64,000 nt of DNA from an uncultured bacterium (GTDB taxonomy: Bacteria > Fermentibacterota > Fermentibacteria > Fermentibacterales > JCC-6): assembly GCA_964624405.1 (NCBI GenBank), contig CAZUXA010000010.1, positions 5,263 to 69,262 on the forward strand. Reading direction: 5' to 3'. Under the pieces are notes generated by a model, which was given only the letters and a program-made list of their open reading frames with translations, had not been told where the DNA came from and made no database searches. Every line of letters starts with the position of its first letter. Within the stretch, counting starts at the first letter, position 1. Made by a program: the position numbers and the translations under genes. Below are positions 44,901-51,431 of the stretch, piece after piece.

Positions 44901-45684
44901 CGGAGAATCACAGAACCCGGAGATTCCCCTTGACCTTTACATAGTCGTTCAGGCGGAGCGGGGTCTCTGGCTCAGAAGCAGCTACATGAACATCGAGCTT
45001 GCGGCGGACATCACGGTTCTCACCCAGGAGAGGAGGCCGGTTTTCACCGGCAGCATCAGTGTTGTGCGGGGAACCCTGAACGTTCTAAACAAGGACTTCC
45101 GAATAACCCACGGAACCATCGAGATAGTGCAGGGTACCCCTCCCGGCCTGATGATGAACATAACCGCGGAATCAAGGGTGCGCAGTTCCATGAGCAGGGA
45201 GATGTACACCATCACCGTCAATGTGACCGGCGACCCTGAAAACCCGGAAATCGCCTTGTCGGGAACCGGTGTCGCAAGGGACCTGACCAGCGAGGACATT
45301 GTCACCCTGCTCACCCTGGGAATGACCTACGGCGAGATGCAGCAGATGGATACCGGCGCCCTGGAGACCGAGCTGGAAAGCATCACCCAGAGCGTTCTTG
45401 GAAGCATGATCGCCAGAAACATCAGGGAGGGCATGGGTCTGGACGCCCTGTCCATAAGCCCGGACCTGCTGGCTGACTCCACGGGCCTCACGGTGGAGGT
45501 GGGCAAGTATGTTCTTCCGGATCTTTATGTGAGCTACACCGACGACATTTTCAGCCCCAGACCCGGAACCATCAGCGCCCAGTACTTCTTCAGCCGGGAC
45601 ATCTACCTCGAGGGAAGCAGCAAGACAACCATCAGCGGCAGCCAGGAACCCACCATAGAGCTCCACTACACCATCAGGTACTAA
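41905..45684 (+). CDS. tamB: Translocation and assembly module protein TamB (DUF490 C-terminus)
   Basis: 1259 aa. N-terminal anchor LLVPGIAAGVLVVLYLLLL, a long beta-rich repetitive body, and C-terminus GKYVLPDLYVSYTDD...IELHYTIRY. The TTG start at 41905 is tentative. Confidence 0.8.
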   Translation: MPSARPSEIKARRSRALLVPGIAAGVLVVLYLLLLSGNLAWAVKLGVNLFANQGDLTVDVYGFASGVFFGTRADSVVVRDSGGLRVVVSGIRVRGSLYGYAAGTGLGSIHADSLGIVIPSPDPDREAEPDPDMGPLFDSILKGFVTSADTLRILRGSIIDHNGTLLLDSMRISAGVSPAPSAGLEVHSVGAFLPEFGPISGSGTILLNRERVTLQGFSVVVPMAELNLGGVLEADSSLALQGTGRFSTESIPGAPPARGLLTLTVLGTTGNPQGVVAISEGSIHFMDRDVSFSADSLSGSMAGAGLGALDFLTQGLSGNISGDVVFEGPQWNGTVGLVFTGVDPSSWDADAPSGFLTGNLSIHAQGTGEELSSGNLVLVLQGSSLDGYPIDALRLNAAVDPSRVSGTLSLAALGAQLNSTWSLALGNGYRPVSWSGTAELSIPDARRVMQTLDPGSPLSGVNGVSVALTGRGTPERFQVSCDAGVRSFGIDGISTSGVYLRGDAAVNLASGNGVRVDFNGTTGLGHLEAGEAALSGVALNGNLRLGIPARGAPSIRFTGTVSADTAAMAEIVALEPLADVDFSMAGGLPSGSVALRAHSILTPGGSMALDIRGESRNGIVNLDSIHIRHERGLAVSAGVSADLTGESLSMSLDSIRITMNKLRLVRAGGAEASLFADGTLEVDTLWIDPPAGYVSGSGSVAADGAIQASFDIRAVDIASLGFALGLDLPVSGVLSAFVEASGMPGTDLEARLSLSLDDPTYGPWTQGDSITVNADLTRGVLTVDGIWIWSDNIRSGVRFSMDSLWIGTSIDFAPERLAWLEAELSGVGDWLLYILPFPVMTSGASISSRIEYNRDLEYISAGVAGHFQRLFLAGAQMEFPMSSVYFSYPDTRASDEYNASFRITSGQGREPDLTAEFRARVRENLPFRTGDLPLEVEGYSFLATLNGWEAIINGVGWISMSGNLSATENDLTRRPMLRGKIRLDQGVIALASQQGGAGAGESQNPEIPLDLYIVVQAERGLWLRSSYMNIELAADITVLTQERRPVFTGSISVVRGTLNVLNKDFRITHGTIEIVQGTPPGLMMNITAESRVRSSMSREMYTITVNVTGDPENPEIALSGTGVARDLTSEDIVTLLTLGMTYGEMQQMDTGALETELESITQSVLGSMIARNIREGMGLDALSISPDLLADSTGLTVEVGKYVLPDLYVSYTDDIFSPRPGTISAQYFFSRDIYLEGSSKTTISGSQEPTIELHYTIRY

Positions 45685-47084
45685 ATCCCGTAGACCAGCC
45701 TCAACATCGCCCGGGTGTCGGTAAAGCTGGAATCCTGCGAGTTGCCGGCGTTGCCGGCGCTGGTGTACCCTGCCGATCCGAACACCGTGAAGTGGCCGGA
45801 AAGCCGGTAGCTGAGATTGACCTCGATGTCCCTGGTGGTTTCAATGATTCCGGAAGGCCAGGGCTCTCCGGTGGTTACAGTGTCTCCGAAACCGTCGTAA
45901 ACCGTTCCTTCCCCGTGCCGGGTGAGGCTGCCCCGGATCTCGGCAAGCAGGGGCCACATTCCGGCGGTGCCGAGGGAAAGGGTAATCCTGTCCGCGTCGG
46001 GGCCCAGTTCCGACCCTATTATTCGGTCGTTGTGCAGGAAGATGTTTCTGGGGAGTTTCTGGCTGTAGACATACTTCTGAATCGCTGTGTACTCCAGGGC
46101 CGCCGCCAGGCCGGAACCGGGGTGAACCCAGTTGAGCCCTGCTGTACCGCCCATTTTGTGTGGCCTGTTGTATTTGGTCTGGTATTGGAAGTCGTCGATG
46201 AGCCACTCCACATAAGCCGCAAGGTTCCGGTGCGGCATCCATACAGCGTCGAGCCCCATGAAGAGGTTGTCGTCATCGGCTTCGTTCCACTGCACGGCGT
46301 ACCAGAACAGGATGGGGTTGGTGTATGCGAAGTTCACGGTTTCGGTGGTGTAGAAGGCCCCCTCAAAAACCCCTACCCGAAGGTTTTCCCGCAGACGCAT
46401 GTCAAGCCGGTGGGCGCTGAACCAGCTTCCGGAATCCGGCTCGATGGTGGAGGTGAAGCCGGTGAAGCTCACATTGTCCGAAAATTGCAGTGTGGCCCGG
46501 ATCAGGTCAAGCGGGGGGGAGTTGTCGCTGACCAGAAGATTTGTGAATCTGCCGGGTCCCCATTGCTGGGAGAAGCGCCCCAGCCTGAGGGAGACCTTTT
46601 CCGTTGTGTAATCAATCCACCCCCAGTCCGGATACAGATGCCTTCCCGGTTCCCCGTTCGGGTGAATGTGATAAGTGGAGAAGCCTCCTGGAGGAACATC
46701 GTCGCTGCCGGTCCAGATGGAAAACTGGTGGTCGAAGGTGAGCCTGTCCGTGACGGAGCCGCCGACCCGGAACTTCACTCCGGCGGCGGTTTCGATGTTT
46801 CCGCCCACATACTCCCCCTGAAGCGCCGCTTCCATTCCCCAAGCCGTATTCTCACCCACGAAGCGCCGGGAGGGACGGGCGTCACGGCGACGGATCTCTC
46901 CGGCGATTCCTGCGAAGGCTCCCCCGGCTGTGTAGTCCTGCGACCAGGGAAGTATGGCGGGGTAGAGTTCTTCGCCGGCAACCTCCAGATGCCGAAGCCA
47001 CAGGTTCAAGGGTTCTTCAAGGGGGAGTCCGACGGCGTCAAGGGATGCTCCGACTGCCAGCGCGAAGATGATTCCGGTTTTCAA
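45681..47084 (-). CDS. Outer-membrane beta-barrel protein, capsule assembly Wzi-like
   Basis: Signal peptide MKTGIIFALAVGASL. VSLRLGRFSQQWGPGRFTNLLVSDNSPPLDLIR resembles the Wzi signature. Alternating beta-strand pattern through to the C-terminus. Confidence 0.55.
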   Translation of the reverse strand: MKTGIIFALAVGASLDAVGLPLEEPLNLWLRHLEVAGEELYPAILPWSQDYTAGGAFAGIAGEIRRRDARPSRRFVGENTAWGMEAALQGEYVGGNIETAAGVKFRVGGSVTDRLTFDHQFSIWTGSDDVPPGGFSTYHIHPNGEPGRHLYPDWGWIDYTTEKVSLRLGRFSQQWGPGRFTNLLVSDNSPPLDLIRATLQFSDNVSFTGFTSTIEPDSGSWFSAHRLDMRLRENLRVGVFEGAFYTTETVNFAYTNPILFWYAVQWNEADDDNLFMGLDAVWMPHRNLAAYVEWLIDDFQYQTKYNRPHKMGGTAGLNWVHPGSGLAAALEYTAIQKYVYSQKLPRNIFLHNDRIIGSELGPDADRITLSLGTAGMWPLLAEIRGSLTRHGEGTVYDGFGDTVTTGEPWPSGIIETTRDIEVNLSYRLSGHFTVFGSAGYTSAGNAGNSQDSSFTDTRAMLRLVYGI

Positions 47085-48292
47085 AGTGCTATCCTCTCAA
47101 GAAGAAAGACCGTTTCAACATGATCCGAATGTGGAAACATGTCCACCGGGGAGGCCTTTTTCAAGTCGAACCCACCCTCCAGAAGTATCATCATGTCCCG
47201 GGCGGCGGTGAAGGGGTTGCAGCTCACATAGACTATCCTGGAAGACGAAAGCTTATGAAGCATTCTCATCACCCTGATCCCCGCACCGGCCCTGGGGGGG
47301 TCCAGGATTACGGTGTCGTACCTCCTGCGGCTGGAGAGGGCTTTGGAAAGGTATGTGCTGTCCCGTTCCTGGAGAGCCCGAAAACCCCTCACACCGTTTA
47401 ACGAAGCGGCTTCATTCGCTGCCCCCGAGGCGTTCCCGTTGATCTCGACGCTGTCCACGGAGGCTCCCCTGGCTGCCAGGGGAACTCCGAAGACACCCAC
47501 TCCGCCGTAGAGGTCAAGTATTCTTTCTCCCCGGGCCGACTCAAGAACGGTTGAAAGCAGTTTCTCCGCCGCCCGGGTGTTCACCTGAAAAAAACCTCCG
47601 AAGGGAATCGGGAAAACCCAGTCAAGAAGCTTCTCCTGAAGGGGGGCGCCCCGGGGTGTCACCCCCTCTCCCCATACGGCTCCCCAGGTGTCGGGAATCG
47701 AATGCGCCTCGCCCTGTATCTCCACGGTGGTGCCGCGGGAGTACAGGGAGCATCGGATGGAAACGGACTCGACACCGAAGGGAATCTCGGATTCGCACAG
47801 GCTTTTCAGAACATTTCTGCCCTCCGGAGCCAGAGCGGGACAGTCCGTAACGGAAATCGGGTTTCCCCGGAAGGCGTGAAAGCATGGTTTTCCCTGAACC
47901 GCGAGAAAGGTTGCCCTGTTCCGGAAACCAGCTGTTTGCGGGGAGGGAAGAGCGTCTTCCACCGATGCTTCGGGAAAACCCCTCAAAGCCTTTTCAACCC
48001 AGGTTTTCTTCCATTTCAGCTGATGGCCGTAGTCAAGGTGTTGAAGCGGGCAGCCTCCGCACCGGCTGTGCATGGGGCAGTAGGGCTCCACCCTTTCAGG
48101 GGCCGGTTCAATAACTTCGACAAGCTCCGCCTCCACATGGCTTTTCCTCTCCGAGACGGTCTTCGCCAGCACCTTCTCCCCGGGAAGGGCGCCCCTGATG
48201 AATACCGCCGGGCCGTCCGGAGGCCTTGCGATACCCCCGACCCTGTTACCCAGGGAGACCACGGTGAGAACCCTGCTTTCCTCAGTATTCAT
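47081..48292 (-). CDS. 23S rRNA (uracil-5-)-methyltransferase, RlmD/TrmA family
   Basis: ORF 47081..48430 trimmed to MNTEESRVLTV (ATG at 48292, 11-nt overlap with the tgt end). TRAM-like N-terminus, Fe-S Cys cluster CPMHSRCGGCPLQHL, LDLYGGVG, DPPRAG and VSCNP. Confidence 0.85.
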   Translation of the reverse strand: MNTEESRVLTVVSLGNRVGGIARPPDGPAVFIRGALPGEKVLAKTVSERKSHVEAELVEVIEPAPERVEPYCPMHSRCGGCPLQHLDYGHQLKWKKTWVEKALRGFPEASVEDALPSPQTAGFRNRATFLAVQGKPCFHAFRGNPISVTDCPALAPEGRNVLKSLCESEIPFGVESVSIRCSLYSRGTTVEIQGEAHSIPDTWGAVWGEGVTPRGAPLQEKLLDWVFPIPFGGFFQVNTRAAEKLLSTVLESARGERILDLYGGVGVFGVPLAARGASVDSVEINGNASGAANEAASLNGVRGFRALQERDSTYLSKALSSRRRYDTVILDPPRAGAGIRVMRMLHKLSSSRIVYVSCNPFTAARDMMILLEGGFDLKKASPVDMFPHSDHVETVFLLERIAL

Positions 48293-49394
48293 CGGGGTTG
48301 AAGGTTTCCCGCCTTTGATGCCAGTCCCTCCGCCACTGGCAGAACGAGCCCGAATGGATTTGACCGCGGATTTCCGCCATGAGTTCAGAGAAGAAGTGCA
48401 GATTGTGAAGGGTGGCCAGAATCGGGGCAAGCCATTCCCGGGAGATGAAGAGGTGCCTCAGGTACGACCGTGTGTGGTTCTCGCACACCCAGCAGCGGCA
48501 GTCCCTCTGAACAGGTGTGTAATCCTGCCTGAACCTGGCGTTCCTGAGATTCAGTCTTCCTCCGGGAACGAAGAAGCAGGCGCCCCTGGCATTTCTGGTT
48601 GGAATGACACAGTCGAACATGTCAACGCCCATGGCGGTGAAGTCCACCAGGTCTTCCGGCTTTCCCACTCCCATCAGGTATCTTGGCCTGTGTTCAGGAA
48701 GCAGGTCGACGCAGCTTTCAACCGCGAACTCCATCCGGGGCCTGTCTTCTCCCACCGCCACTCCTCCGATTGCGTATCCGTCGAAGTCCATGGCAACCAG
48801 TTCCTCGGCGCACTGCCGGCGAAGGTCGCGAAATGCGCCGCCCTGCACAATGCCGAAGAGAACGCCGGAGCCCCGGGAGTGGATTCTGGCAGCCCTTTCC
48901 GCCCAGCGAAGGGTAAGCTTGACCGATTCCTCGGTACGCTCCCTGCCGCTGGGTTGCTCGAGGCATTCGTCGAGAACCATCATCACATCGCTTCCCAGCA
49001 TTCTCTGAAAGTCAAGCACTCCCTCCGGTGTGAGGGTGTGGGTTGACCCGTCGATATGGGACTGGAAACGATAACCCTCCTCGGTGACCTTTCGAAGGGA
49101 TGAGAGGCTGTACAGCTGAAACCCTCCGGAATCGGTGAGGATGCACCGGTCCCAGTTCATGAAGCGGTGGAGCCCTCCGGCCCGTTCAATCACATCCCTT
49201 CCCGGGCGCAGGTACAGGTGATAGGTGTTGCAGAGGATCATTTTGAAGCCCATTTGAACCAGGTCGCTGTTTCTGGTGGTTTTCACCGTAGCCTGGGTTC
49301 CCACCGGCATGAAGGCCGGAGTCTCCACAATGCCATGGGGCAGAATAAGTTTGCCCGTCCGGGCCCCTTCGCTACAGGCTGTCAGGCTGAACAT
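48282..49394 (-). CDS. tgt: Queuine tRNA-ribosyltransferase
   Basis: ORF 48282..49571 trimmed to MFSLTACSEGARTGKLILPHGIVETPAFMPVGT. Motifs LTDSGGFQ and Zn site CRCWVCENHTRSYLRHL. Confidence 0.9.
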   Translation of the reverse strand: MFSLTACSEGARTGKLILPHGIVETPAFMPVGTQATVKTTRNSDLVQMGFKMILCNTYHLYLRPGRDVIERAGGLHRFMNWDRCILTDSGGFQLYSLSSLRKVTEEGYRFQSHIDGSTHTLTPEGVLDFQRMLGSDVMMVLDECLEQPSGRERTEESVKLTLRWAERAARIHSRGSGVLFGIVQGGAFRDLRRQCAEELVAMDFDGYAIGGVAVGEDRPRMEFAVESCVDLLPEHRPRYLMGVGKPEDLVDFTAMGVDMFDCVIPTRNARGACFFVPGGRLNLRNARFRQDYTPVQRDCRCWVCENHTRSYLRHLFISREWLAPILATLHNLHFFSELMAEIRGQIHSGSFCQWRRDWHQRRETFNPDEY

Positions 49395-50337
49395 CGGGCG
49401 GGTCATCGGGGGCGGGTGTTTCCTCTGTTTCCGAAGTCGTCTCTTCAATGGGTTCAGGTTCCGGTTCGAGTTCCGGCTCAGGTTCCGGTTCGAGTTCCGG
49501 TTCAGATTCGAGTTCAGGTTCCGGCTCCTGTACGGTGGTGTCAGGAAGAGATGGTATGAAAACCGGTTCATCCGGCAGCGAATCCCTGTCGGAAGCGGGC
49601 AGCAGATCCTCGAATGTAATCCGCGACGAGTCAGCCAGGACCAGAATAGAGTGTTCCGGATTCAGGCGTCTTACCTCTTCCAGCTGGTTCTGCAGGTCCT
49701 CGTGCATCGAGTTCCGGTAATACAGGCTGGCCAGGCGCACATGGTACTCCAGCTCTTCCGGGTGCAGGGCGGAAAGCTCAAGATAGGCCGCCAGGAGTTC
49801 CCGGTCGCTCCTGCTCAGTTCCGTGATGTCGTGATCGGCGGTTCCGACCCTCTCCTCCTCGATGACCAGCGGGTTGGCCAGGATGAACATTACCGCCGAA
49901 ACCACTATGGCGCTGGCGGTGTATGCCCTGACCCAGTTTTTGGCCACTGCTCTTCCTCTTATGATGATGTCTCTGGGTCTTGGGTCGAGCTGTAGCTCCA
50001 GCTCCCGGAAATCGGCACCGGAAACCCTTTCGGGTACCGAAAGACCGCCCCGGAAACAGCTCAGATAGCCAAGAAGCCCCAGAAGGAGCATGGGCGGGGT
50101 AATGCCGATCCGGAGAATTTTCATCCCATAGGTTCTTTCACCGTGGATGGAGATTCCCAGGGCTGTAGCCGGACTCTGTCTTGAGGTGTTTTCCACTCCG
50201 GCGGTAAGACCCAGGGCCATCATGTAGAAGAAGGGAATGCCAAGGTACCACCTGGACCAGAGGAGAGCCAGCAGGGATGCTCCGAGTATGGTCCAGGAGA
50301 GAATGAGAAGGGTTTCAAGCCCCGCGAGGGCTATCAC
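49372..50337 (-). CDS. Membrane protein with TPR-like segment and C-terminal acidic Glu-Pro repeat
   Basis: 321-aa ORF with a GTG start. N-terminal TM helices. ELLAAYLELSALHPEELEYHVRLASLYY is TPR-like. Tail reads EPEPELESEPELEPEPEPELEPEPEPIEE. Confidence 0.6.
   Translation of the reverse strand: MIALAGLETLLILSWTILGASLLALLWSRWYLGIPFFYMMALGLTAGVENTSRQSPATALGISIHGERTYGMKILRIGITPPMLLLGLLGYLSCFRGGLSVPERVSGADFRELELQLDPRPRDIIIRGRAVAKNWVRAYTASAIVVSAVMFILANPLVIEEERVGTADHDITELSRSDRELLAAYLELSALHPEELEYHVRLASLYYRNSMHEDLQNQLEEVRRLNPEHSILVLADSSRITFEDLLPASDRDSLPDEPVFIPSLPDTTVQEPEPELESEPELEPEPEPELEPEPEPIEETTSETEETPAPDDPPDVQPDSL
49451..49528. repeat. Imperfect 24-bp tandem repeat (about 3 units) encoding the EP-rich tail
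   Basis: Unit 1 ggttcaggttccggttcgagttcc (49451-49474). Unit 2 ggctcaggttccggttcgagttcc (49475-49498, 1 mismatch). Unit 3 ggttcagattcgagttcaggttcc (49499-49522, diverged). Confidence 0.85.
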
Positions 50338-50386
50338 CCTTCCGGCGCTCGGTCTCTGTCTTCCGCTTTTTATGCCGGTCTTCCCT

Positions 50387-51415
50387 TCAGTGAATCAGCA
50401 TTGCGTCGCCGTAACTGTAGAATCTGTAACCCAGCCTGATGGCGTCACGGTAGGCGCCCATGACTCTTTCCAGACCTGCGAAGGCGGCTACCAGAGCAAT
50501 CAGCGAACTTCCCGGCAGGTGGAAATTCGTTATCAGCGCGTCCATGTTTCTGAAGCCGTGGGGGGGGAATATGAACAGAGAAGTCTCTCCCGACACGCTC
50601 CGGGTTTCCCGGAGGTCTATGGTTTCCAGAACTCTGGCGGCGGTGGTGCCCACCGCCACGATCCTCCCCCGGCGCTTTCTGGTTTCCCTGAGAACATGAA
50701 GGGTTTCCGCTGGTACGGAAAACTCCTCGGGATCCAGCTTGTTGTCCCTCAGCATTTCCCTCCTCAGGGGCTCGAAGGTGCCGGGGCCAACATTGAGTGT
50801 CAGGAAGCAGTTCGTGACCCCCCTTGACTCCAGGTCCAGAAGCATTTCGCGAGTAAAGTGCAGACCCGCCGTGGGAGCCGCTACAGCCCCTTCGTGTTTT
50901 GCGTAGACCGTCTGGTATCTTTGTGAGTCCTGTTGGTCCGGAGTTCTTTTAATGTATGGCGGAAGCGGAACCCGACCCAGCCTGGACAGCAGTGTATCCG
51001 CATCGGACTCCGGTTCGAAGCGAACCATCGCTCTTCCGTCTCCGAGACCGACGACCACTTTTCCGGAAAGGCCTTCGCCGAACTCCAAATCTGTTCCGGC
51101 TTTGCAGTGCTTTCCGGGTCGAAGGAGAACCTTCCACTCCGAAGCGCCAGTTCTTGCAAGCAGAAAAACCTCGACGGAACCGCCGGTCTCCTTCCGTCTG
51201 CCGTCGAGTCTGGCGGGGATTACCTTCGTGTCGTTCAGAACGAGGCAGTCTCCGGGACGGAGGATATCGACCAGATCGCTGAAAGCGCCGTCACTGGTCC
51301 CGCCGGCTTGCCGGGGAAGAACCATCATTCTCGAGGTCCCCCTCTGAGCGGGGGGTCTCTGGGCGATGAGTTCCACGGGAAGGTGGAAGTTCAGATGCGT
51401 CCGGGTTATTTCCAG
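50387..51415 (-). CDS. queA: S-adenosylmethionine:tRNA ribosyltransferase-isomerase
   Basis: Track ORF 50387..51376 (GTG) begins inside the conserved LPxELIAQxP motif. I extend it to an in-frame CTG at 51413-51415, preceded by GGGGGA. Motifs VLNDTKVIPARL, PLPPYIKR, GAVAAPTAGLHFT and FHLPGSSL. Confidence 0.85.
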   Translation of the reverse strand: MEITRTHLNFHLPVELIAQRPPAQRGTSRMMVLPRQAGGTSDGAFSDLVDILRPGDCLVLNDTKVIPARLDGRRKETGGSVEVFLLARTGASEWKVLLRPGKHCKAGTDLEFGEGLSGKVVVGLGDGRAMVRFEPESDADTLLSRLGRVPLPPYIKRTPDQQDSQRYQTVYAKHEGAVAAPTAGLHFTREMLLDLESRGVTNCFLTLNVGPGTFEPLRREMLRDNKLDPEEFSVPAETLHVLRETRKRRGRIVAVGTTAARVLETIDLRETRSVSGETSLFIFPPHGFRNMDALITNFHLPGSSLIALVAAFAGLERVMGAYRDAIRLGYRFYSYGDAMLIH

Positions 51416-51431
51416 TTTGGTTCCCCCGTTA

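Noticed and set aside
45792-47123. 443-aa plus-strand ORF antisense to the Wzi-like gene. Similar long antisense ORFs occur at 13819..14817, 23943..25163, 21995..23554, 17027..18076, 26853..27764, 31518..32468 and 32147..33244
   Set aside because: All are shadow ORFs opposite motif-rich genes. Their translations are dominated by Gly/Arg/Pro/His and carry no recognisable motifs.
49451-49528. Possible CRISPR or other non-coding repeat array
   Set aside because: The units are directly adjacent with no spacers. There are only about 3 copies of 24 bp, they are in frame, and they lie inside a CDS encoding an EP-rich tail.
49395-49571. NSNRN-repeat N-terminal extension of the tgt ORF
   Set aside because: This is the EP tandem repeat read in another frame. 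Conserved Tgt sequence begins at MFSLTACSEGARTGKL (49394).
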